DNA of 64,000 bases from Gammaproteobacteria bacterium (GTDB lineage Bacteria > Pseudomonadota > Gammaproteobacteria > JABABF01 > JAHRAO01): NCBI GenBank assembly GCA_020027215.1, contig JAHRAO010000006.1, forward strand, positions 1,939-65,938, read 5' to 3'. Below are positions 28,610 to 39,267 of this stretch, in pieces; position 1 is the stretch's first letter, and the number at the start of each line of letters is the position of its first letter. A program made the position numbers and the translations under genes. A model generated the notes under the pieces. The model had not been told where the DNA came from and made no database searches. It saw nothing but the letters and a program-made list of their open reading frames with translations.

Positions 28610-29638
28610 ATGGAGGCATCATCAAACAACGCCCTCAATAAGATTTTTGCGCGGGTGACATTAAACATAACCACCACACCCACCCCAGAAAAATTCGGTA
28701 TCCGCTTGAGTTCTAAGGGAGGACGTTTCAAGGCATATATGCCCCCCGAAAAGATCAGCAATAGCATTCAGCCATATGCCAATCGGGTACGCGGCGATGT
28801 CACTTTTAGCACATACATTGATGATTTTTTCCAGCAATACGGCGCAGTTACCGATAAGACAATCATTGAGGGCATCACAACTGCTTTTGCCCATCCTGAA
28901 AAATATTCTGCTACCGTCGTCATTAGTCGTGGGTGTGCGGCAGGAGATTTTTTATTGGTCACGACTCGTGAATGCATCGATAAGAAAGAATGGGAAACAA
29001 TCCAAGGGCGTTTAGTGCGCATTAGAGATATGCGCTCCATATTCATTTCAGAAAAGGGACTGCAATTAGATGGCGGAACAGACATTGCCGATTTAGATGC
29101 CCACATTAACCAAACATGCCAACAGTACAATGCAAGAGAATGGCAACAACCGCAGCCCGAAGCCGCCGAGACGACAAAACAACCCGAAGATGCACCAATA
29201 AGCCCTACAACAGAGAAAACACTGCTTTCAGAAGCATTCTCGCAAAATCCTGCGATGAAAAACCAATTGTATCGGGGAAAAATAAGCGAAAAATATCTGA
29301 AGATTATGAAATGGCTAGATATTTATATGAAAGAAAATAATATAGTGCTGGCACAAAACATTAAGGATAGCGATAAAATTAAAGAATATAAGCAACATCA
29401 ATTACGTAAAGCATTGTTGGGTAAAGCAAAACGTACTATAACGCTACAGATAGAAGATCGAATGCATCGGTGCCGAAAAATACGTAATAAGGTGATGCAT
29501 AATCAAATCAATAATATAGAGGAAGAACATAAACTTTTTACTAAGCATTTCAATGAATTGAAGCAGTGGGTGGCAAAAGATACAGTTTTTACCGCAATTA
29601 TGCAAAAAGAAGAGAGGGCGGAAAACCCCAGTGAATAA
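28610..29638 (+). CDS. Hypothetical two-domain protein with C-terminal HEPN-like RNxxxH motif
   Basis: N-terminal domain, P/E/Q/T-rich linker (QQPQPEAAETTKQPEDAPISP), helical C-terminus containing CRKIRNKVMH. Confidence 0.5.
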   Translation: MEASSNNALNKIFARVTLNITTTPTPEKFGIRLSSKGGRFKAYMPPEKISNSIQPYANRVRGDVTFSTYIDDFFQQYGAVTDKTIIEGITTAFAHPEKYSATVVISRGCAAGDFLLVTTRECIDKKEWETIQGRLVRIRDMRSIFISEKGLQLDGGTDIADLDAHINQTCQQYNAREWQQPQPEAAETTKQPEDAPISPTTEKTLLSEAFSQNPAMKNQLYRGKISEKYLKIMKWLDIYMKENNIVLAQNIKDSDKIKEYKQHQLRKALLGKAKRTITLQIEDRMHRCRKIRNKVMHNQINNIEEEHKLFTKHFNELKQWVAKDTVFTAIMQKEERAENPSE

Positions 29639-29651
29639 TTCTCTCCATTGC

Positions 29652-29681
29652 CCCTTCTCAGGGTAACTATAAGGAGAAGGG
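29652..29681. terminator. Possible hairpin between convergent genes
   Basis: CCCTTCTC-N14-GAGAAGGG followed by TTT; the large loop makes it weak. Confidence 0.3.
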
Positions 29682-29682
29682 T

Positions 29683-30741
29683 TTAGTCCATATAATGCTG
29701 AAAAGCGTGGCTAGAATGCGTTTCTAATTTTCCGTTGTTTTTAATAATAAAATAAACGGGAAGTGCGTTGTGATTGGCAAATTGAAGCCCTTTTTCCAAG
29801 CCCATCACAAATAAGGCAGTGGCAAAAGCATCGGCTTGGGCACAGGATTCGTCTAATACAGTAACTGAACGCAGGGTGTGATTCACCGGAAGACCGCTTT
29901 GCGGGTTAATGATATGTGCGTAGCGTTTATCGTGCACTTGCACAAAATTGCGATAATCACCCGAAGTGGCTAAGGCAATATTCGTCATTGCTAAACGGCG
30001 GTGCAGTTGCGCTAAATTAACTGATGGTTGTTCTATACCGATCCGCCATGGATTACCATGAATATTCTGACCGCGAACACGAATTTCACCACCAATTTCG
30101 ACCATATAGTGTTTACAGAGCAGTTCATCTAAATATTCAGCGACTCTATCCACTGCATAACCTTTAGCAATAGCGGATAAATCAATTTGTAACGGGCGTT
30201 TTTTGCGTAATTGTGGTGGATCCATGCGCACTTCTAATTGGTGGTAATCCACTTGCTGACGACTACGCTGTATTTGCTTTTTATTGGGCACGGTGGTGAT
30301 AGGCGAACTAGGACCAAAGCCCCATAAATCAACCAATGGTGCTATAGTGATGTCAAAAGAACCATTGGTCACAAGGCTTAAGTACAAACTGATACTCACC
30401 ACTTCAACAACTTGGGCGGAGACATTGACCCAATCCTGCGGGTGCGTGCGATTAAATCGCGATACATCGGATTCCGGTTTATAGGTCGACATCTCCCGAT
30501 CAATGGAATGAATAATTTCGTGAATGCCCTGTTCAAGTTTACTGTGAGCAATAGAGAGAGGAAGTGTCGGGAGCACGATGCGATAAGTCGTGCCCATTGC
30601 ACTTCCTTTTAATTCATGTGCTTGTTTTTGGTTGTCTTGGCACGCGATGAGCATAGGAAGCGCTACAGTGCAACCTAGCAACAAACGCCAAAAAAGTAAA
30701 GAAAGAGTGGACAAAATGGGCGAACTAGCCGCCGAAATCAT
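29683..30741 (-). CDS. apbE: FAD:protein FMN transferase (flavinylates NqrB/NqrC)
   Basis: [58 protein letters not shown]. Exact start uncertain. Confidence 0.95.
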   Translation of the reverse strand: MISAASSPILSTLSLLFWRLLLGCTVALPMLIACQDNQKQAHELKGSAMGTTYRIVLPTLPLSIAHSKLEQGIHEIIHSIDREMSTYKPESDVSRFNRTHPQDWVNVSAQVVEVVSISLYLSLVTNGSFDITIAPLVDLWGFGPSSPITTVPNKKQIQRSRQQVDYHQLEVRMDPPQLRKKRPLQIDLSAIAKGYAVDRVAEYLDELLCKHYMVEIGGEIRVRGQNIHGNPWRIGIEQPSVNLAQLHRRLAMTNIALATSGDYRNFVQVHDKRYAHIINPQSGLPVNHTLRSVTVLDESCAQADAFATALFVMGLEKGLQFANHNALPVYFIIKNNGKLETHSSHAFQHYMD

Positions 30742-31948
30742 CCAATAGGATATTATCGGGCTCCACGCCTAAATGATCGAGCATATTTAATACGGCTTCA
30801 TTCATCATGGGCGGGCCACAGAGATAGTATTCGCAGTCTTCGGGTGATGGGTGCTTGCTCAAATATTCATCCAGTAATACTTGGTGAATAAACCCGACCA
30901 AGCCTTGCCAATTATCTTCTGGCTGGGGGTCGGATAAGGCAACATACCAATCAAAGTTATCGTTTTTCTCCGCCAGTTCATCAAATTCTTCGGTATAAAA
31001 CATCTCCCGTAGACTCCGTGCTCCATACCAAAAAGTTATTTTACGCTTGCTATTGATGCGTTTGAGTTGGTCAAAGATATGTGAACGCATCGGCGCCATA
31101 CCCGCACCACCGCCAATGAATACCATCTCGGCAGATGTTTCTTTAGCAAAAAATTCACCAAATGGGCCATACACCACCGCTTTGTCGCCCGGTTTGAGAT
31201 CAAATACCCATGAAGACATTTTGCCCGGTACGACATTCGGCATACTCGGCGGAGGAGTCGCCACGCGGATGTTAAACTTGACTATTCCCCGCTCTTCTGG
31301 ATAATTTGCCATAGAATAAGCGCGAATAACCGTTTCATCTACTTTTGATTCATAGCGGAATAGATTATGCCTCTCCCATTCATCCCTATATTCAGATTCA
31401 ATCTCAAAATCAGAATACTTCGCATGATGTGGCGGGCATTCTAACTGCACATAACCCCCAGCGCGAAAATCAACATTTTCACCCTCGGGCAAGCGTAAAG
31501 TCAATTCTTTAATAAAAGTAGCCACATTGGGGTTGGATTCCACATCACATTCCCATCGTTTCACTCCGAAGACTTCCTCTGGGACTTGGATTTTCATATC
31601 GTGCTTCACCGACACTTGACACGATAAGCGATATCCTTCCCGTGCCTCTGCTTTAGTAAAATACCCTTCTTCAGTCGGGAGCATTGCCCCCCCTCCTTCA
31701 CTAATGATACATTTGCATTGGGCACACGTGCCACCACCGCCGCATGCAGATGACAGAAATATACCATTTGCGCTGAGCGCTAATAATAATTTATCACCCG
31801 TAGGCATCACTAATTGTTTTTCGTTATTGATATCAATGGTCACATCACCGCTACCCACAAGCCAATCGCGCGCCGCTATAATCACCATCACGAGGAGCAA
31901 CACCACGCCGGTGAACATCGCAACGCCGAGGATAATTTCTAAAATCAC
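30725..31948 (-). CDS. nqrF: Na+-NQR subunit F
   Basis: [48 protein letters not shown]. Confidence 0.99.
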   Translation of the reverse strand: MILEIILGVAMFTGVVLLLVMVIIAARDWLVGSGDVTIDINNEKQLVMPTGDKLLLALSANGIFLSSACGGGGTCAQCKCIISEGGGAMLPTEEGYFTKAEAREGYRLSCQVSVKHDMKIQVPEEVFGVKRWECDVESNPNVATFIKELTLRLPEGENVDFRAGGYVQLECPPHHAKYSDFEIESEYRDEWERHNLFRYESKVDETVIRAYSMANYPEERGIVKFNIRVATPPPSMPNVVPGKMSSWVFDLKPGDKAVVYGPFGEFFAKETSAEMVFIGGGAGMAPMRSHIFDQLKRINSKRKITFWYGARSLREMFYTEEFDELAEKNDNFDWYVALSDPQPEDNWQGLVGFIHQVLLDEYLSKHPSPEDCEYYLCGPPMMNEAVLNMLDHLGVEPDNILLDDFGG

Positions 31949-32553
31949 AGCGATATGCCACCAAAAGACATGAAGCCCAATGACATGAGTCCGACAACGA
32001 TGAATGCAATCCCTAACCCACGCAATCCTTCTGGTACATCACTATACTTCATCTTTTCACGAATACCCGCCAAAGCGACTATGGCTAACGCCCAGCCAAA
32101 ACCAGCGCCTACGCCAAATACAATGCTCTCGCTAAAATTATAATCGCGCTCGACCATGAATAAAGACGCACCCAATATAGCGCAATTTACCGTAATCAGC
32201 GGCAAAAATACCCCCAATGCATTGTATAGAGCGGGAACATACTTATCAAGGAACATCTCCAAGATCTGTACACTCGCCGCAATCACGCCGATATAACTGA
32301 TAAAACCGAGAAAACTGAGATCAACACCGGGCAAGCCAGCCCAACTGAGCCCGCCACCGACCAGCAGATAATTAAAGATGATATTATTGAGCGGCACTGT
32401 AATCGCCAACACGACAATCACCGCTATCCCTAAGCCCACTGCCGTTTGTATTTTCTTGGATACTGCTAAAAATGTGCACATACCGAGGAAAAAGCTCAGT
32501 GCCATATTTTCAATGAATACGGCACGAATAAATAAATTAAGTAATTGTTCCAT
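31945..32553 (-). CDS. nqrE: Na+-NQR subunit E
   Basis: [30 protein letters not shown]. Confidence 0.99.
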   Translation of the reverse strand: MEQLLNLFIRAVFIENMALSFFLGMCTFLAVSKKIQTAVGLGIAVIVVLAITVPLNNIIFNYLLVGGGLSWAGLPGVDLSFLGFISYIGVIAASVQILEMFLDKYVPALYNALGVFLPLITVNCAILGASLFMVERDYNFSESIVFGVGAGFGWALAIVALAGIREKMKYSDVPEGLRGLGIAFIVVGLMSLGFMSFGGISL

Positions 32554-33215
32554 TAGGACATCTCCGATACAGGTGTCCGTGAGTTCGGGGCAATTTTATA
32601 TTCGGGAGCCTCAATCTGATCGGGTTTCCAGCTACGCAGCGCCCAAATAAATAGCCCTATCAAGAAAAAGGCAATCGGGGGTAAAAGGAATATATTCGCG
32701 GGCACATACCACCCACCTTCGGTGACCAAAGGCATAATCTCGACACCATATAATTTGCCACTGCCAAATAGTTCGCGGAAAAACGCAACAAAAACAAGCA
32801 CAATACTATAGCCCAAGCCATTACCAATGCCATCCATTAAGCTGGGTATTGGGCGGTTTTGCATGGCGAAAGCTTCGGCACGCCCCATTACGATACAGTT
32901 AGTAATGATTAAACCGACAAAGACAGAAAGTTGTTTGCTCGTATCATACGCGACCGCTTTGAGCACTTGGTCTACCAGAATCACCAGCGATGAAATCACT
33001 GTCATTTGCACGATGATACGGATATTATTGGGGATGAAACTGCGGATCAACGAAATACACCAGTTAGAGAGCGCACACACTATGGTCAGTGCAATACACA
33101 TCACCATAGTCACTTCCATACTGGTCGTTACGGCAAGTGCCGAACAAATACCGAGTATCTGTAAAGCGATCGGGTTATTGTCAAATATCGGTTCTATTAG
33201 TGCTTCTCGTAACAT
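32553..33215 (-). CDS. nqrD: Na+-NQR subunit D
   Basis: [34 protein letters not shown]. Confidence 0.99.
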   Translation of the reverse strand: MLREALIEPIFDNNPIALQILGICSALAVTTSMEVTMVMCIALTIVCALSNWCISLIRSFIPNNIRIIVQMTVISSLVILVDQVLKAVAYDTSKQLSVFVGLIITNCIVMGRAEAFAMQNRPIPSLMDGIGNGLGYSIVLVFVAFFRELFGSGKLYGVEIMPLVTEGGWYVPANIFLLPPIAFFLIGLFIWALRSWKPDQIEAPEYKIAPNSRTPVSEMS

Positions 33216-33216
33216 A

Positions 33217-33993
33217 TTACAAACCTTCTTTTTTTAGGCGAGTCAAAAATGGTGCAAATCCATCCTTGCCCAACCAATACTTAATCATATTGTCCACGCC
33301 CTTAACGGTGAGAGTTGCCCCAGCAATGCCATCAACGAGGTATTCACTCCCCGCGGTGCCGGGCTGAACATTGCCTTTTATAACGGTAAATCCAACATTC
33401 TGTTCATCGCGATAAATCTTTTTACCGATCCATAACTTTTTCCAGTTCGGGTTATCAATTTCTCCGCCTAAACCCGGTGTTTCGGCGTGTTCGTAAAAAC
33501 CAATACCGGCAATGGTATTGAAATCACTTTCTAATGCCAAAAAGCCATACATAGTAGACCATAATCCGTAACCATGCACCGGCAGAATAATCTTATCAAC
33601 TTTATCGCCATCCATAAGCATATAAGAAACGGCATATCGGGATCGGCGGGAAATTTTTGCCACATCTTCTTCTGATGATAAGGACACCGATAATTGAGGA
33701 TCATTTGCTGCCGCCCGTTGATCGTACTCTGCCGCCACATAGGCATCACTCAATTGCCCGTCTCCGACATCTACTAACTGTGGGGTAATATTAGCAAACT
33801 GGCTTTCAATATCTTTATCTGCCTGTAACAATCCTGCTGCGGCGAGAATATTGCGTTTTTTATCTAGTAATTTGTTCTCTTGCTGTGTAGGGCGCAATAA
33901 TACGGCGGCGGTAGAAACGATGATCGAACAGACGATACACACCGACACAGCAACAATAACGGTGCGCCCTATAGTATCGTTAGACACGGGCAA
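33217..33993 (-). CDS. nqrC: Na+-NQR subunit C
   Basis: [25 protein letters not shown] (FMN-Thr motif). Confidence 0.98.
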   Translation of the reverse strand: MPVSNDTIGRTVIVAVSVCIVCSIIVSTAAVLLRPTQQENKLLDKKRNILAAAGLLQADKDIESQFANITPQLVDVGDGQLSDAYVAAEYDQRAAANDPQLSVSLSSEEDVAKISRRSRYAVSYMLMDGDKVDKIILPVHGYGLWSTMYGFLALESDFNTIAGIGFYEHAETPGLGGEIDNPNWKKLWIGKKIYRDEQNVGFTVIKGNVQPGTAGSEYLVDGIAGATLTVKGVDNMIKYWLGKDGFAPFLTRLKKEGL

Positions 33994-35173
33994 TCCTCCG
34001 TTTAATATTTGCCTCTATGACATAGTGATCGATCACAGGGGCGAAACAATTGGCGAGAAGTATGGCGAGCATCATCCCTTCCGGAAAAGCGGGATTCACC
34101 ACACGGATTAACACGGCTAAAACACCGATCACAATTCCATATATCCACCGTCCCGTATCGGTCATGGCAGCAGATACCGGTTCCGTTGCCATAAAGATTA
34201 AGCCAAAAGCAAATCCACCCACCACTAAATGCCAATACCACGGCATAGCAAACATAGGGTTATTACTATCCACTAAATTGAGCAAACTGGATAAGACAAT
34301 CATCCCTATCATCACGCCCGCAATGATCCGCCACGAAGCGATACGGGTCAGCACTAATATTAATCCGCCTATTAAAATAGCGACAGTCGACGTTTCGCCG
34401 ATTGAACCATGCATATTCCCAAAAAATGCTTGCATCCAACTGATTTGGCTCTCCAACGCTGCCATACCATCCGACGCGGCAATGGATAGGGCTGTTGCCC
34501 CCGTATAACCATCCACAGCGGTCCATACGGCATCACCCGAAATTTGAGCAGGGTAAGTAAAGTATAAAAATGCACGACCAGTTAAAGCGGGGTTGAGGAA
34601 ATTTTTACCCGTCCCACCGAACACTTCTTTACCAATGACCACACCAAAACTAATTCCGATTGCCACTTGCCACAATGGGAGATTGGGCGGGCAACAGAGT
34701 GCAAATAAAACAGAAGTAACGAAAAAGCCTTCATTAACTTCGTGTCCGCGTTTGACAGCAAACCATACTTCCCAAAATCCGCCGGCCACAAAAGTAACGA
34801 TATAAATCGGTAAGAAATAAACAGCACCATGCCAAAAACAATGCCAAAAGTTTTGAGGGTCATATCCACCGATCAGATTATTCAACCAGCCATGCCAACC
34901 TGCAGCGGTGGTCAGACCCATATCTGCCATAATGAGATTGGCATGAAATCCCACATTGTACATGCCATAAAACATAGCGGGAAATGTCGCCATCCACACA
35001 GTGATCATAATGCGTTTCAAATCAACGCCATCACGGACAAATGATGCTTGGCGGGTTATTTTACCAGGTGTATAGAAAATGGTATCCACTGCTTCATACA
35101 GCGGATACCATTTTTCCAATTTCCCCCCAGATGTAAAGTGCGGTTCTAATTTATCTAAAAATTCTCGCAGCAT
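33980..35173 (-). CDS. nqrB: Na+-NQR subunit B
   Basis: [39 protein letters not shown]. Confidence 0.99.
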   Translation of the reverse strand: MLREFLDKLEPHFTSGGKLEKWYPLYEAVDTIFYTPGKITRQASFVRDGVDLKRIMITVWMATFPAMFYGMYNVGFHANLIMADMGLTTAAGWHGWLNNLIGGYDPQNFWHCFWHGAVYFLPIYIVTFVAGGFWEVWFAVKRGHEVNEGFFVTSVLFALCCPPNLPLWQVAIGISFGVVIGKEVFGGTGKNFLNPALTGRAFLYFTYPAQISGDAVWTAVDGYTGATALSIAASDGMAALESQISWMQAFFGNMHGSIGETSTVAILIGGLILVLTRIASWRIIAGVMIGMIVLSSLLNLVDSNNPMFAMPWYWHLVVGGFAFGLIFMATEPVSAAMTDTGRWIYGIVIGVLAVLIRVVNPAFPEGMMLAILLANCFAPVIDHYVIEANIKRRIARV

Positions 35174-35177
35174 GAAT

Positions 35178-36560
35178 CTACCCTTCTTTTTCTATATGCT
35201 CTAAACAATCCTGCAACAAGGGCGCATATTCATATTTACCTGAGCACACATAGGCGCACAGGGCAAGATCTTCGGCATCTAATTCCAAACATCCCAGTTG
35301 TTGGGCGGTGTCAATATCGCCTACAATTAAAGCGCGCAATAATTGTGTGGGCAAAATATCCAAAGGCATCACGCGTTCGTAATTACCGGTAGGTACCATT
35401 GCTCTTTCGCTACCGTTGGTTGTCGTTGTCATTGCATAACGCGTCTCTTTACTCCGAAAAAAAGATGATAAATAAATGCCCATAGTAGAATGAGCTTTCC
35501 ATCCCGGCGACAGCCAGCCAAATATTTCTCGCTGACGTCCCGCTTGCAGTACTGAAATTTGATTGTGAAAGCGCCCTAAGTAAGAGAGTGAACCGTTTGC
35601 ATCGTGGCCAGAAAGTATCGACCCCGAAATAATGCGATTATCACCTTCCTTGAGTCGCCCTGCACAAATTTCATTGATATCCATTCCCACGCCGACCCGC
35701 AAGAGCAATGGATTATCGACTTGTGGACCCGCCAAAGAAATGACCCGTTCGGTCCATAAACGACCAGTAGAAAATAATTTACCGATAGCAATAACATCTT
35801 GATAACCAATCGTCCATACTGTTTTACGTGAGCCAACTGGATCTAAAAAATGGATGTGTGTTCCCGCAAGTCCTGCCGGATGAGGTCCATCAAAGGATTT
35901 AACAACTACATTATCTTTTTGTGGGATGTCTAATCTAACCTTGGGCGCAGTACAAACATAAACCATGCCTTCAATTAAACGGGATAAGACTAAGATACCG
36001 TTAGAAAAATCTTTTTCGTATTCATCAATAACAACGCGTGGATCAGCCGCCAATGGATTGGTATCCATTGCCGTGACAAAAATAGCGTGCGGTATATCGT
36101 CGGGGTCGGGAGTTTTACTAAATGGGCGGGTGCGGAAGGCAACCCACATGCCCGAGTTCAAAAGCATATCGTGAATTTGTTGGGGCGTAACACGCGCTAA
36201 GGCTTGGTCAGATAAAGCAGTAAATGGAGGAGTGCCTTCATTGGGGTTCGTGTTGGCATCTACATCTATGACGACAGAAAGGAGGGTGCGTTTATAGCCG
36301 CGGTTAATGGTCGCAACAGTACCATGAGCGGGCGATACATATTTAATTTGCGGGATGTTCTTATTGGTGAATAAAACTTGTCCGCAAGTGACTTTATCGC
36401 CTTCAGCAACCTGCATTGTCGGGCGCATACCTATATGATCCGTCCCTAACAATGCGACTCGGCGGGGCGAAGACTGTAGAGCCATAACGCCCTGTTGATT
36501 GGGGGATCCACTAATAGGAATATCAAGTCCGCGCTTTATCCTAATCATATTGTCGCTCAT
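35178..36560 (-). CDS. nqrA: Na+-NQR subunit A
   Basis: [49 protein letters not shown]. Confidence 0.98.
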   Translation of the reverse strand: MSDNMIRIKRGLDIPISGSPNQQGVMALQSSPRRVALLGTDHIGMRPTMQVAEGDKVTCGQVLFTNKNIPQIKYVSPAHGTVATINRGYKRTLLSVVIDVDANTNPNEGTPPFTALSDQALARVTPQQIHDMLLNSGMWVAFRTRPFSKTPDPDDIPHAIFVTAMDTNPLAADPRVVIDEYEKDFSNGILVLSRLIEGMVYVCTAPKVRLDIPQKDNVVVKSFDGPHPAGLAGTHIHFLDPVGSRKTVWTIGYQDVIAIGKLFSTGRLWTERVISLAGPQVDNPLLLRVGVGMDINEICAGRLKEGDNRIISGSILSGHDANGSLSYLGRFHNQISVLQAGRQREIFGWLSPGWKAHSTMGIYLSSFFRSKETRYAMTTTTNGSERAMVPTGNYERVMPLDILPTQLLRALIVGDIDTAQQLGCLELDAEDLALCAYVCSGKYEYAPLLQDCLEHIEKEG

Positions 36561-36690
36561 TATAATATAATTTGCGTATAAGTCATAAAAAAACTTTACT
36601 CGCCCGCAATTTGTTTAATGCGCCATAAAGAGATACTATAATTTCATTCATATTACGCTTTTGCATCCAATAAGGCATAAATACCAACCC

Positions 36691-37233
36691 ATGAAATATA
36701 TACCCAATATCCTGACCATTGCCCGTATGGTCAGTGCGCCAATATTGTTTTTTCTCATCATACAGGAGCAGTTTTTATACGCATTGATCTTAGCGAGTGT
36801 ATTGAGTATTTCAGATGCATTGGACGGATTTCTTTCCAAACATTTTTCTTGGAGCAGCCGTTTTGGCGAACTCGCCGATCCTATCGCCGATAAAATTATG
36901 CTCTCGGGATCATTTGTGACCCTTGGATTGGTCGGCATAATTCCCTTGTGGTTGATGGCATTGCTGGTCGGGCGAGATATTCTTATTGTCACCGGCGTGA
37001 TCGGATTACAATGGCGATTGGGGAGTATACCCATGTCGCCGACCAAACTGAGCAAACTGAATACATTTTTACAATTATTCTTACTTTTATGGATCCTGCT
37101 CAATGAATTGACCCCGCTGAGCACACTCGTCACAGCGTTCTTGACTTACACCGTTGCCACACTCATTGTGCTCACCGCTAGTGAGTATATTATTATTGGC
37201 ATTCGTCATTTAAGAATGCGCCGCCAGCAATAA
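36691..37233 (+). CDS. CDP-alcohol phosphatidyltransferase (PgsA/cardiolipin synthase-like)
   Basis: IPNILTIAR, SDALDGFLSK..SRFGELADPIADK. Confidence 0.92.
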   Translation: MKYIPNILTIARMVSAPILFFLIIQEQFLYALILASVLSISDALDGFLSKHFSWSSRFGELADPIADKIMLSGSFVTLGLVGIIPLWLMALLVGRDILIVTGVIGLQWRLGSIPMSPTKLSKLNTFLQLFLLLWILLNELTPLSTLVTAFLTYTVATLIVLTASEYIIIGIRHLRMRRQQ

Positions 37234-37426
37234 GGCTTCATCACAGGAGTATAGCAGCGCAACAAGACAACTTCTAGGCACCATGGTTCACTTGCCAAAA
37301 ATATAAAAGATGGTGGAGCGGCGCATTGAATTGAGAAACCTCACGCGGTGAAATGGTGTGCGCATGGGGAACACAATCCACTTCGCATAAGCACGATTAA
37401 GTTGCTCATGCAACAGAGGAAGCAGA

Positions 37427-37747
37427 TTAATCGGCTGGCGTTGCCCGCAAGATAGCCTGTCCCTTATTCAGCAAATAGTATGTCATACCAGCAATGAGCA
37501 ATGAATCACACGCCACAATATGCGTGAGGGTATACCATTCTTGTTCAGCGCCGTATGCCACAACAATCCCCACTAACCAAGCGACAATTGCTATTAAAGA
37601 AATGCTATTCGATTGATCAATTCTTTCTAAATTATATTGTCCTTTGTGCACAATAAAAAAATCTATCACATAAATAGCAAAAATGGGATTAAAGACAATA
37701 CCAAGGGAAAAAATAAAATCAAAGCTTAGAAAGTGAACCGAATTCAT
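37427..37747 (-). pseudogene. C-terminal fragment resembling an NCS1 (cytosine/purine/hydantoin) permease
   Basis: FIFSLGIVFNPIFAIYVIDFFI..AIVAWLVG..TLTHIVACDSLLIAG resembles the last TMs of CodB-type permeases. Only 106 aa, whereas intact permeases exceed 400 aa. Confidence 0.55.
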
Positions 37748-37811
37748 ACTTTAATCCACTTTTTAGTATATATCGCACATTGCTATAACACATTGAACAC
37801 ATTTTACCCAC

Positions 37812-39074
37812 TCAATAGCTTGAATGCACACAATCAAAACCAGCAACACTGCTCCCCTCGACCTTTAAGTTGAGGTACATATTGCCTTGCGTCAATACAC
37901 CATTCGTATAGTTATACTCAAAACGAGTGTGGATATAATCCATTAATGTTGCACCAACTAACAACCCACCAATCCCATCGAGGCGATGGACAGCAACGAC
38001 TCTTTTCCCCACACGATCACCCTGTTCAACCACATAAGAATATTGCTGCGCATTTAGTGCAATTTCTGTCGCCACACCAGATGCACCCCCGCAAGATTGA
38101 CCAAGCGTTAATCGCAACAGGGGTAATTTATCTAAAGGAATATTTGCATTGATAAATTGCAATCCCACCCATATTTCTTGCCCACTTTTGGGATCTATTT
38201 CCATTATTTTTTCAAAAATAGCATTGCCACTACTATCTTTTGTATCAAGTAGTGTCTGCAACATAGGGTAAATGTATTTAGCATCACCCTTAAAACGAGA
38301 AGACCCACTATCCATATAAAAAACAATATTTTGCAAATCTGGCAACTCCGTCTCGCCGATTTTGACATGATAGAGTGGAGTGCCCCAAGTATCAGGGTAA
38401 GGAGAAGAAGTTGCCGGCGTTAGAATGGTCTCATTGTCCGGGATATAATCGGTTGGATCATCACCTCCTAAAATTGCATAGCCATAAGGTTGGCTAAACG
38501 TTGGGTAAGTAACCATTGAAAATACGGGCTTATCAATGATGCCATTTTTTAAGAGTTCTAAGAAGAAAAATGTTGATCCTTCTGTGACATCGATACTGCG
38601 TGCTGGAAAACCAATACCGCCATCCCAAGCCAAGTTTTGAAAGTTATCGCCACTATAGTTAACGGCGGGAAAAAATTGTGTGGGAACTTGACGTGCCCCA
38701 TCAAAAAGAAAAACAGTCCATGGAATCTGAGCCGTATAAGTGGTCATAGAACCCCAGGGTCCAAAATCCCGTTGACGAGGCGTTTTATCCACCCACATCC
38801 AACCAGGTTGCGTGGTAACGACCCGCAGATGTGCTTGACAGGCAGGTGTTGTACATAAATCAGATGTCACCCATATAAAATCTGATCCGGTGTCTAAAGC
38901 TAGTGCAATTTGACTCGCTCCAACACGTATGTCACCAGTCACCCATGGAGTCGCACCATTATCAGCGATAGGGCCTTTTTGTAATTGTAATACGAGAGGG
39001 ACTTTCGGTTGTGCTTGTGCGAACCACGACACATTGCATAAAACAAGGCAGAACAAAATAAGTATATACGGCAT
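37812..39074 (-). CDS. Secreted pepsin-like (family A1) aspartic protease
   Basis: Signal peptide ending AQA; LALDTGSDFIWV and FYMDSGSS catalytic motifs; CTTPACQAH; WDGGIGF; VFSM; ILGGDDP; LLVGATLM. Confidence 0.82.
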   Translation of the reverse strand: MPYILILFCLVLCNVSWFAQAQPKVPLVLQLQKGPIADNGATPWVTGDIRVGASQIALALDTGSDFIWVTSDLCTTPACQAHLRVVTTQPGWMWVDKTPRQRDFGPWGSMTTYTAQIPWTVFLFDGARQVPTQFFPAVNYSGDNFQNLAWDGGIGFPARSIDVTEGSTFFFLELLKNGIIDKPVFSMVTYPTFSQPYGYAILGGDDPTDYIPDNETILTPATSSPYPDTWGTPLYHVKIGETELPDLQNIVFYMDSGSSRFKGDAKYIYPMLQTLLDTKDSSGNAIFEKIMEIDPKSGQEIWVGLQFINANIPLDKLPLLRLTLGQSCGGASGVATEIALNAQQYSYVVEQGDRVGKRVVAVHRLDGIGGLLVGATLMDYIHTRFEYNYTNGVLTQGNMYLNLKVEGSSVAGFDCVHSSY

Positions 39075-39267
39075 GACGAACTCCTTACCATTTAATAGCT
39101 TGATTTATCATCGTTATATGTGCATAAGTATATCACACGATAAATCACATCATAAAGGTAGCGGCTCGTATATAATATATTTTGCCCTAAAATGAGAAAA
39201 ATATCACCTTCATGAAAACGCCTCATCATTTAGTTGTGTTGCGAAATAAAAAGTATAGTTGCCACTC

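Noticed and set aside
37311-37335. TGGTGGAGC resembling the reverse complement of a tmRNA/tRNA-Ala 3' end (att remnant)
   Set aside because: Only about 9 bp match, with no T-arm or cloverleaf; compatible with chance.
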